Positions 27,963-36,072 of a DNA stretch of 64,000 nt are shown in pieces (the stretch's first letter is position 1; each line of letters begins with the position of its first letter). The DNA comes from an uncultured archaeon (GTDB taxonomy: Archaea; Micrarchaeota; Micrarchaeia; Anstonellales; Anstonellaceae), in NCBI GenBank assembly GCA_902384555.1, contig CABMCD010000004.1:11909-75908 (forward strand), read 5' to 3'. Under the pieces are notes generated by a model. That model searched no databases. It saw only the letters and a list, made by a program, of their open reading frames with translations, and had not been told where the DNA came from. The translations under genes were made by a program, and so were the position numbers.

Positions 27963-28157
27963 TCATCCGACGATATCCCCTTCGGCAAAGGTGCGGCCCA
28001 CGTGGCGGATTTTCACCTGATAGGTCTTCCCCGGCTCACCGCCGCGCACGTAAATCACGTAATCTTCCCAGTGCGCCAGGCCCGCGCCGGCCGGGCCGGG
28101 GGTGTCGACCTTGACTTTCACCACTTCGCCAGCATCAACAGGGGGACGGGAGGACAT
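27963..28157 (-). CDS. stand-alone TRAM-domain protein (~65 aa)
   Basis: GEVVKVKVDT...GLAHWEDYVIYVRGGEPGKTYQVKIRHVGRTFAEGDIV matches the TRAM beta-barrel pattern. The upstream portion of the ORF-track call is discarded. Confidence 0.6.
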   Translation of the reverse strand: MSSRPPVDAGEVVKVKVDTPGPAGAGLAHWEDYVIYVRGGEPGKTYQVKIRHVGRTFAEGDIVG

Positions 28158-28225
28158 GGCTTTGGCTGGGAGGAGGAAAATAATAAAGCCGGCGGACGGG
28201 GGGAAAGACGTGTTCTCTGCTTTCC

Positions 28226-30001
28226 TTACATCGGGCCCTTGCTGCGGAACAAGTTCTCGCGCGGCTTCTCGGCCTTTTCGCCACCCTTGCCGGACGGCGG
28301 AACCGAGCCGATGGGCACGCTGGCCCAGTCCGTCACGTCCACGGTGCGCACCTTCATGGGCAGCACGTATTTCTCCCCATCGAAGAGGCGGATGATGCAC
28401 TCGCGCGTGTGCAATTTGACGAACATCTCGCGCTTGCTCTCTTCCAGCTCGGATGGAGAGACGTGTTTTTTGAAGAATTCCTCGACCTTGATTTCCATCA
28501 TGGAAGCCAGCAGGCGCGCATCCTCTTTGGTCACCTTGAAGGAAATCACGTTGCGGGCGTTGGAAATCAGCGAGTCCAGCACCGGCTTGGAGAGCTGGCC
28601 CAAATACTGGGCCGAGGCATACATGCACAAATTGAATTTCCTCGTCTCAGCCATGATGTCCTTGGTGACCTTGCTCTCCACCGTCGGGAACTCGTCCACG
28701 ATGAGCACGGTGGGGTAGGTGAATTTCTCCGAGATGGCCATGATGTACATCTGGTTGATGATGGAGCCGGCGAAGAACTTGATGATGTTGCGCGAGAAGA
28801 AATGCGGGTTGAACGACACCACGGTGACGGGGTTGTTGGCGATGGTGGTGCCCAAGTCCTCCTGGTGGCGCTTCTCGCCCAGATAGAGCAAATACTCGCC
28901 GATGAAGTTGGTGACGGGGAGGATGGCGTCGTTGAAGTGGTGCATGTAGATGTCCTGGAACTCCTTGTCGAAGAAGCGCTTCACTTCGTCGTTCTGGCAC
29001 TGGGCCGTGAATTCCATGCGCTTGCTCGAATCGGTGAGCAGCAGCGAGATGTTTTCCATCGTCAGCTGCTCAATCGAGGCCAGCAGGTGCACCGAATAGA
29101 ACACCACCCGCTCGGCATACTTGCTCTCCTGACCGATGGTGGAGGTGATGAGCTGCGCAATCAGCTGCGCAATCAGCGGGCTCTTGCTCTTGCCCACATC
29201 GAAGGGCTCCACGTAGTTTTGCACGAAGTCAATCACTTTGGCCTGCTTCATGCTTTTGGAAAACTCGCCGTGCGGGTCCACCAGCACGATGTGCGAGTTC
29301 GGATGCTTGGCCCGAATCGCGGCCACGAAGATTTGGATGAACTTGGACTTGCCCGAGCCAGAGGTGCCGACAATGAGGCCGTGCTGGAAGACGTTGAAGT
29401 TGTCCACCCCGATGTTCACGCCATCGGCTGTGAAGATGGGCTGTTTGGAGCTGAAGTAGATGGACTTGGGCACCGGGTCCAATAGCTCGATGTAGAAGAG
29501 CGGGTTGTTCTCCAAATCGATTTCGAGGAATTTGGTGGGGTTGGAGAGGAAGAGCCAGCCGCCCATGCCCTTGTTGTCCACGTATTTGCCGAACCCGTAG
29601 AAGCCGCCCAAAAAGCGGATGACGCGCAGGTGGATTTCGTCCACATTCTCCTTGAGCAGAAAGTCGAAAAGCTGGTGTCCCGAGACGAATTTGAGGCGGG
29701 GGCGCACGCGCACGTTGGGAATCATTTCCACCTCTTTGGGCGGGTTGAGGCGGAAGGGGAAGAGCAGGGCCGACTGCGAATAGAGGTCGCCGGGGTCCTG
29801 CACAAACATCTTGATGGTGTTGGAATAGCGCTTCACCACCAGGTTGATGCCGCCGAACGAGAAGAGGTGGGAGAAGTCGAGGAATTCGAAGAGCGGGATG
29901 TGGCGCCGGATAAGCTGGTCGAAGATGCGCGCATAGTCGGACGCCGTGATTTTGGGCGCATAGATGGAGAGTTCGGAATACTTCTTGGGTTTGCGGGCCA
30001 T
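28226..30001 (-). CDS. HerA/FtsK/VirB4-clade P-loop ATPase (DUF87-like), 591 aa
   Basis: Walker A VGTSGSGKSKF, Walker B VLIVDEFP, downstream ASAQ(Y) sensor-like motif. No TM helices. Immediately downstream of the Cys-rich paralog array. Confidence 0.65.
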   Translation of the reverse strand: MARKPKKYSELSIYAPKITASDYARIFDQLIRRHIPLFEFLDFSHLFSFGGINLVVKRYSNTIKMFVQDPGDLYSQSALLFPFRLNPPKEVEMIPNVRVRPRLKFVSGHQLFDFLLKENVDEIHLRVIRFLGGFYGFGKYVDNKGMGGWLFLSNPTKFLEIDLENNPLFYIELLDPVPKSIYFSSKQPIFTADGVNIGVDNFNVFQHGLIVGTSGSGKSKFIQIFVAAIRAKHPNSHIVLVDPHGEFSKSMKQAKVIDFVQNYVEPFDVGKSKSPLIAQLIAQLITSTIGQESKYAERVVFYSVHLLASIEQLTMENISLLLTDSSKRMEFTAQCQNDEVKRFFDKEFQDIYMHHFNDAILPVTNFIGEYLLYLGEKRHQEDLGTTIANNPVTVVSFNPHFFSRNIIKFFAGSIINQMYIMAISEKFTYPTVLIVDEFPTVESKVTKDIMAETRKFNLCMYASAQYLGQLSKPVLDSLISNARNVISFKVTKEDARLLASMMEIKVEEFFKKHVSPSELEESKREMFVKLHTRECIIRLFDGEKYVLPMKVRTVDVTDWASVPIGSVPPSGKGGEKAEKPRENLFRSKGPM

Positions 30002-30152
30002 ATTTGCACCAATGCAAGGTCAGGGAGTGGAACGGGGCAGAATTTTAACCCCCCGCCTGATTTTAACCATTTTTTATAATATTTTATCACATTTTTGGTA
30101 TTTAAAGGTTCTGCCGGGATTTTGCCCGGTTTCGACAATCGGCGGGAGAAGC

Positions 30153-31766
30153 CTAGGAACGGCCCCGGGCGCCCAGAGAGTAGATGGAAAAGGGCAGGGT
30201 TTTGTCTTTCCCGAGGCGGCCGGCCAAATCGGCCAGAAGCAGTTTTTTGAGCCGCAAAAAGTCCTCCCGCGGCAGCTCGACGTTGCCGATGGCGAAGCGT
30301 TTGCCCTTGACGTTGAAGCAAAAGAGGCACTCTTGGCAGTTTTCGACATGGTGGCAGAAGTAGCAGTCGGAAGAGTCCAGCGAATCGCTCACTTCAAGGC
30401 AGCGCATCAGCCTCAAGGAACGATAGGCGTGGATGCAGCTCTGGGAATAGAAGGTGTGGTCGCAGCCAAACATGCGCTCGGCATTGTGAGAGACCCAGCA
30501 GCCATAAGCGCAGTCCTTGGAATCATACAGGGTGGAGGAGGCAAAGCAGCGCACGGCGTCCGAATAGCTCACCGTGTGGATTGCTTGGGCATTTTGTCCC
30601 AATGCCACCTCGCAGGTGAAGAGGGCAATGGAGGAGAGAAGGGAGCGGGCGTTGGACAAGGACAGGGAGGCCGCGTCGGCCTCGCTGAGCTTCCGCCTGC
30701 CCGCCTCGGCAGCCTCTTCGAGCGCGACATGGGTGTTTCGCACCGGCTCGTTGAAGAGAATGGGCAGCACCCACAGCGGCCGGCCGCTCATGGCCGATTT
30801 GGTTTTGGGCGCGGCGCGCACGTGGCGCATGAGCCACTTCTCGTAATCAGACATGGGGCCCGGGAGCGGGCGGCCCAAGAGCACTTGGCAGGTGGAGGCA
30901 AAAGAGGAGTCGAGAGAGGCAGGGTAGTCGGCCGGGCGGCCGAAATAGGGGGGAGCGGAAATTCCTTCATCCACATTCCAGCTCTTGGGTCTTTTTTCCT
31001 CTTTTCCCGCCCGTGGAGGCCCGCCCAGCAGTTCGGCAATTGAAATAATGTCCTTTTTGCGCTTCAATTCGTCCGCCATTTCGGCCAGCAAATTGGCCTT
31101 GAGCTTGAAGTATTCGTCTTTGGGCAATTCGAGGTTTCCAATCAGATGCCGCTTGCCGGTCTGGTTGAAGGAAAAGAGGCACTCCTGGCAATAGCGCACA
31201 TTGGCCGAGAAATAGACGTCCGAGCAGTACTGGGTATTGGTGGTTTCGAGCATCCGCTGGCTCTTCCAGCCCTGAAAATTCTTGATGACATAATCAATTT
31301 CACCCGTGCAGTCCGAGCCGAACACATAGTTGGACTGGCGCAGCATGGCGCAGTGGGCCACATACTGGCAGTCGGACACGTCCTGTGAGTCTTGCACATA
31401 CTGGACAATGGAGCAGCGATTGGAGCGCTCCACGGCATGGAATTTGCCCAACACCACGTCGCCGGAATAGATGAAGCGTTCCTGCAGAGTGGAGAGCAAG
31501 GAATCCAAATCCTTGATGGAATTGATGTCAAACGCCGCACTGTGCCGCTTCTGGTATTCGGCCTGCTCGGAATTGGAAATATAGCGCACGTCATAGCCGA
31601 AATCGTCGTCTGCGGTGGTGACGGGCCGGTTGGAGAGGCTGGAGCGCCGGCGGGTCTGAACCGGGCCCACATACTTTTTGAGATAAGGCCCGAAATCCGA
31701 AAGCGGGCCGACCTCTTCGTGCAGCAGCACGCGGCAGGTGGAGGCCCAGGCTTCGTTGAGGTCCAT
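30153..31766 (-). CDS. Cys-rich two-module paralog a (537 aa), uncharacterised family
   Basis: Shares every conserved block with paralogs b-i: WASTC..LLxxEVG, IKDLDSL..ERFIYSGDVVLGK, CQECLFSFN..IGNLELP and CQECLFCFNVKGKRFAIGNVELP. Has its own AT-rich promoter. Confidence 0.85.
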   Translation of the reverse strand: MDLNEAWASTCRVLLHEEVGPLSDFGPYLKKYVGPVQTRRRSSLSNRPVTTADDDFGYDVRYISNSEQAEYQKRHSAAFDINSIKDLDSLLSTLQERFIYSGDVVLGKFHAVERSNRCSIVQYVQDSQDVSDCQYVAHCAMLRQSNYVFGSDCTGEIDYVIKNFQGWKSQRMLETTNTQYCSDVYFSANVRYCQECLFSFNQTGKRHLIGNLELPKDEYFKLKANLLAEMADELKRKKDIISIAELLGGPPRAGKEEKRPKSWNVDEGISAPPYFGRPADYPASLDSSFASTCQVLLGRPLPGPMSDYEKWLMRHVRAAPKTKSAMSGRPLWVLPILFNEPVRNTHVALEEAAEAGRRKLSEADAASLSLSNARSLLSSIALFTCEVALGQNAQAIHTVSYSDAVRCFASSTLYDSKDCAYGCWVSHNAERMFGCDHTFYSQSCIHAYRSLRLMRCLEVSDSLDSSDCYFCHHVENCQECLFCFNVKGKRFAIGNVELPREDFLRLKKLLLADLAGRLGKDKTLPFSIYSLGARGRS

Positions 31767-31881
31767 GGAAGAAAATGGGCCGGTTTTATGATTTAAAATT
31801 TGTTTTCAAAATGTTTTAAAATAATTGATAATTTGACTTAAATTTAGATAAAATTAAAAATAAACAGGAAAAAAGAAGAGT
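31767..31881. promoter_or_regulatory. AT-rich (>80% AT) divergent promoter region shared by paralog a (minus) and the Lrp/AsnC regulator (plus)
   Basis: 115 nt of ttttaaaat / ataaaattaaaaataa TATA-like elements in a ~62% GC genome, placed ~25-35 nt from both start codons. Confidence 0.6.
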
Positions 31882-32883
31882 ATGCAGCCCGCCGGCCCGA
31901 CAGGGCTTGACAAACTGGACCGCTCCATCCTCCACCTGCTCGACCAGGACTCGCGCGCGCCCTATTCCAAGCTTGCGCGCCGCCTGCACACCAGCCCGCA
32001 GGTGGTGAAATACCGAGTCGAGAAGCTCTACGAGCGCCAGCTGCTGCTCGCCTGCTGGCCCATGGTGGAATACCGCGGGCTTGGCTATTTCTTCGGCCTG
32101 CATTTCATCAAGCTGCAAAATCTCACGCCAAAAGAGGAGGAAAAATTCTATGCCTACCTCCACGCGCATCCCTATATCCCCATCGTCATGCGCGCACAGG
32201 GATATGCCGACCTCATTCTGGCCATTGACGGCCGCGGCATCCACCATTTGAGCGAAATCGTGCGCGAGCTGCAGAACCGCTTTTCCACCCATTTCCTGGA
32301 CTGGGACACCGTCATTCCCATCGGCTTTTCGCGCTTCAACCGAAACTATTTGGTGGGAGAAAAAGACCCGACGCCAGACGTGGCCTTCACCGGAGCCCAA
32401 GTTTCGCTTGAAACCGATGAAACCGACCGCAAGCTCCTCTGCATGCTCAATCACGACGCCCGCACGCCGCTGAGCCATATCGCGAAAAAGGCCGGCGTGT
32501 CGGCCGCCACGGCTGCCCAGCGCATCAAGCGGCTGGAAAAGGGCGGGGTGATTCAGTGCTACACCATCCTGCCCGACCACGTGAAGCTGGGCTGGCCCCG
32601 CCACCGCGTGCTCATCAAGTTCAAGAACCTCACTGAAGAGCAGGAGCGCCGCTTCTTTTCCTACTGCAATTTGCACCCCCACATCGTGCACCACATCAAG
32701 TGTTTGGGCAACTGGGACTGCGCCATTGACATCGAAATCGAAACCGGGGAGCGCCTGCGCGAGGTGCTGATGGACATCAAATCGAAATTCTCTGAAGTGG
32801 TGCAGCGCATCGAGCCCAGCTACATCTACAAAATAGACCGGTTCCGCGACATTCCGGACGAGTTTCCCCAGCTTAACAAGTGA
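31882..32883 (+). CDS. tandem-fused Lrp/AsnC-family transcriptional regulator (two HTH+RAM units in one 333-aa chain)
   Basis: Two AsnC-type HTH segments (LDKLDRSILHLLDQDSRAPYSKLARRLHTSPQVVKYRVEKL and TDRKLLCMLNHDARTPLSHIAKKAGVSAATAAQRIKRLEK), each followed by a RAM-like domain. Confidence 0.75.
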   Translation: MQPAGPTGLDKLDRSILHLLDQDSRAPYSKLARRLHTSPQVVKYRVEKLYERQLLLACWPMVEYRGLGYFFGLHFIKLQNLTPKEEEKFYAYLHAHPYIPIVMRAQGYADLILAIDGRGIHHLSEIVRELQNRFSTHFLDWDTVIPIGFSRFNRNYLVGEKDPTPDVAFTGAQVSLETDETDRKLLCMLNHDARTPLSHIAKKAGVSAATAAQRIKRLEKGGVIQCYTILPDHVKLGWPRHRVLIKFKNLTEEQERRFFSYCNLHPHIVHHIKCLGNWDCAIDIEIETGERLREVLMDIKSKFSEVVQRIEPSYIYKIDRFRDIPDEFPQLNK

Positions 32884-34489
32884 GTGGGCTTATTTTTTTG
32901 CCGCCAAGGCTGTAGATGGACCAGGGCAGGACTTTGTCTTTCTCGAGGCGCGAAGCCAGCTCGGCCAGCACCATCTTCTTCACGCGCAGATATTGCTCGC
33001 GCGGGTATTCGACGTTTCCTATCGCATATCGTTTTGCCTTGATGTTGAAGCAGAACATGCACTCTTGGCAGTTCTCGATGTTGTGGCAGAAGAAACAGTC
33101 CGAGCAGTTGTTGCAGTTGTCCAGCTCGAAGCAGCGGCTCACTTTGGTGGAGAAATGGCAGTTGATTCCAAACGAGCTTTCCCGCGCCTCCCGGCAGCCG
33201 AAGAGAAATTCGCACGAGCGGGGCATCAGGCAGTAGGCGCACGATTTGGACAGCATGAACAGCACGCCATGATAGCAGTCGCTGGAGTCGATGGCCAGCG
33301 GAGCCTCGATATCGTTGGACAGCTTGCCGGTGCGCCAAGTGTGGCAGAAATAGGCCAGAGGGCCGATGAGGGCGGGAGCCGTGCGCAGGGACAAGCCTTT
33401 CACTTCCTCTTCACCCAGCGCGGCATGCTCGCCAAAGAAATCGGCCTGTGGTTGGGTGAGCAGGCGCTCGGGCGGGAAGGACATGAAATTGGAATAATCC
33501 ACCCGCCACAACTCTTCGCCGCTGGCGCAGGATTTGGCCTTCTCCATATGGACGGCCGAATTGGACCCCAGCAGCTTGGCATAGGCACCCACCGGACCCA
33601 TGCGCTTGCCGAGCAGCACTTGGCTGGTCTGGCCAAAAGCCTCCTCAATTTTGCTCTGGTCTTCGGCTTCGGCCTTCCATTTGCCCCACTCCGGCAGGGC
33701 CATCACGGCCTTGAGCTTGGAGTGGTCGGGTTTGCGGTTGGCCGTCATTTCCACCAGCGAGGGCAGCCTCTTCTTTTCAGACAATTCCGTGCGCATTTCC
33801 TCCAGCAGCTTGGCCTTGATTTGCAGGTATTGGTCTTTGGGCAGGGCGAGGTTGCCGATGCGCCTGCGCTGGTTCTTGAGATGGAAGGAAAAGAGGCATT
33901 CCTGACAGCCGGTAAGGCCGTGCGAATAATAGCAGTCGGAGGAAAATTCGGATTTGGAGAGCATGAGCGAGCGCATGCAGTCCCACGTGGCCGAGGTGCG
34001 GATGCAGTAGTGCACCGGCCCCATGCCGTGGCAGCCGAAGAGGTAGTCGCTGTATCCGCCCCGGGAGCAATAGGCGGCAAATTTGGAGAACGCCACCCGC
34101 TCGCAGTGATGCGTGTGAAAGCAGTCGGTGATGACGGTGCTGTCCTGCACGAACTTGGAGTTGCCCAGCACGATGTTGCCGCAATAGATGGCGCGCTCCG
34201 ACACCGCCTCGGCCAGCGAGTCGATGTCTTTTATTTCGTTGATGGAGAGGGGGCCGTATTGGGCGTTCAAGTCCAGCTCGTCATAGCTGGCCATCCGGAC
34301 TGCCTTTGGGTAATTGGAATAAACCGAAACCACGTCCTTGCCCGAGAGGCAGGAGGGGCGCACCATGCGCGGGCCGTGGTCTTCCAAAAGCCAGTTCTCG
34401 AATTCGTAAAGCCCGCCGACTTCGCCGCCCAGCACGGTGCGGCAGGTGCTGCGCCAGGCCTCTTCCAGTTCGGCGGACGGCTTGCTCAT
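32873..34489 (-). CDS. Cys-rich two-module paralog b (~538 aa)
   Basis: Start at MSKPSAELEEAWRSTCRTVLG, with an ATGA overlap with the stop of paralog c. 3' end overlaps the convergent Lrp gene by 11 nt. Confidence 0.85.
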   Translation of the reverse strand: MSKPSAELEEAWRSTCRTVLGGEVGGLYEFENWLLEDHGPRMVRPSCLSGKDVVSVYSNYPKAVRMASYDELDLNAQYGPLSINEIKDIDSLAEAVSERAIYCGNIVLGNSKFVQDSTVITDCFHTHHCERVAFSKFAAYCSRGGYSDYLFGCHGMGPVHYCIRTSATWDCMRSLMLSKSEFSSDCYYSHGLTGCQECLFSFHLKNQRRRIGNLALPKDQYLQIKAKLLEEMRTELSEKKRLPSLVEMTANRKPDHSKLKAVMALPEWGKWKAEAEDQSKIEEAFGQTSQVLLGKRMGPVGAYAKLLGSNSAVHMEKAKSCASGEELWRVDYSNFMSFPPERLLTQPQADFFGEHAALGEEEVKGLSLRTAPALIGPLAYFCHTWRTGKLSNDIEAPLAIDSSDCYHGVLFMLSKSCAYCLMPRSCEFLFGCREARESSFGINCHFSTKVSRCFELDNCNNCSDCFFCHNIENCQECMFCFNIKAKRYAIGNVEYPREQYLRVKKMVLAELASRLEKDKVLPWSIYSLGGKKISPLTC

Positions 34490-36072
34490 GGCTTGCACCC
34501 CAGATTGAAGATGGAGAGCGGGAGGGTTTTATCCTTTTCCAGACGGGCCGCCAGCTCGGCCAGCACCGTCTTCTTGATGCGCAAATAGTCTTCCTTCTTC
34601 ATTTCCACATTTCCGATGGCATACCGCTTGCCTTTCACGTTGAAGCAGAAGAGGCACTCCTCGCAATTCTCGACATTGTGGCAGAAATAGCAGTCGGTCG
34701 AGCTGTTGCAGGAATGGCATTCCAGACAGCGGGACAAATGGGCCGACAGGCAGCAGTTGGCGCAGAATTTCGAGTCGCGGATGGCATGGCAGCCGAAGCA
34801 GGACTCGGACTCCAGATAGTAGTAGCCATAGGCGCAGTTCTTGGAGGTGACGTGGACCACGCTTTGCAGCATGTTGGAGCAGTCCACGCCGATGAAGTCC
34901 AGATGGTTGTTGAAGTTCTTGCCCACGAAATAGTCGGAGCAGAAAAAGGCCGCATCGGAGACGGCCTTGAACATGCTCTCAAAGGAGGGCGTTGCGCTGG
35001 GCTCGGTCATGCGCGTTTCGCGGCCCAAAAAGAGGGCGTCCGCTTCCCCAACGAGGCGGTCGTGGGGGTAGAAGGAGAAGGCGGCATAATCCGGCAAGCC
35101 GATGCTCGCGCCGGGACGCAGGGAGGGATAGTGATAGATGGCGCGCGCCGTCTGGGAGAGCCAGGGGCCATAGGGCGCAATGGGGGAGAGCGGGCGGCCC
35201 AGCAAGATAGACATGGTTTTGGAAAATGACTCTTCCACGGGCTTGGGGTTCCAGGGCTTCGCAGCGGCGGGCGGGGCGCGCGAGAGCAGGGCTTGGGTTT
35301 TGGCACGGTCAAAGGAGAGCGAGGCGATGCGCTCCTCCAAGCGAGGCAAGGTGCGCTTGTCCTGAAGCTCGTGCGCCATTTGCTCCATCAGCGCCTTCTT
35401 GAGGGCCACATACTTGTCTTTGGGCAGCTGCAAATTTCCAATGCAATAGCGCGAGCTGCGCAGGCCGAAAGAAAACAGGCAGTCGTTGCACTCGTGGATG
35501 TTGTGGCAGTAGGCGCAGTCATTCACATAGCTGGAATGCGACACTTCGAGGCAGCGCACGTTCTTGTCGTTGTTGCTGATGCCGATGCAGTAAGAGCAAT
35601 GGCCGTGATTTTGAGAGCCGAAAATGCAGTCCCCGTATTCGAGGCAGTAGGAATAGGCGATGTATTTGGAGAACGAGATTTGGGTGGATTCGAGCACATA
35701 ATGCGAGTCAATGACGTCCGAGCTTGATTGCACATGGGCCGACTTGCCCAGCACGATGTCGCCGGTGTAGATGAAGCGCTCGCCGAGGGCGGAGAGGATG
35801 GAGTCGATGTCTTTGAGCTGGTCAAGCGGGAGAGGCGCATAGGTTTTTTTCCAGTCCACTTCGCCCAAAGACTGGAAAGAGCCGCACTCGTGCGCGCCGG
35901 TGGATACCAGAGCGACCTCTTTTCCTGAAAGGCAGGACTTTTGCTTGGCGGGCGGGCGCGAGCGGCTCTCCAAATAATTGGAATAGTGGGAGAGCTCCCC
36001 GAGCTCTTGGCCAAAAATGACTTTGCAGGTGCTGGCCCAGCGGGAGTTGAGGGTGTCGTAGGGCTCGCTCAT
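34486..36072 (-). CDS. Cys-rich two-module paralog c (528 aa)
   Basis: Start at MSEPYDTLNSRWASTCKVIFG. The 956-aa ORF-track call is an out-of-frame extension. ATGA overlap with paralog d. Confidence 0.85.
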   Translation of the reverse strand: MSEPYDTLNSRWASTCKVIFGQELGELSHYSNYLESRSRPPAKQKSCLSGKEVALVSTGAHECGSFQSLGEVDWKKTYAPLPLDQLKDIDSILSALGERFIYTGDIVLGKSAHVQSSSDVIDSHYVLESTQISFSKYIAYSYCLEYGDCIFGSQNHGHCSYCIGISNNDKNVRCLEVSHSSYVNDCAYCHNIHECNDCLFSFGLRSSRYCIGNLQLPKDKYVALKKALMEQMAHELQDKRTLPRLEERIASLSFDRAKTQALLSRAPPAAAKPWNPKPVEESFSKTMSILLGRPLSPIAPYGPWLSQTARAIYHYPSLRPGASIGLPDYAAFSFYPHDRLVGEADALFLGRETRMTEPSATPSFESMFKAVSDAAFFCSDYFVGKNFNNHLDFIGVDCSNMLQSVVHVTSKNCAYGYYYLESESCFGCHAIRDSKFCANCCLSAHLSRCLECHSCNSSTDCYFCHNVENCEECLFCFNVKGKRYAIGNVEMKKEDYLRIKKTVLAELAARLEKDKTLPLSIFNLGCKP

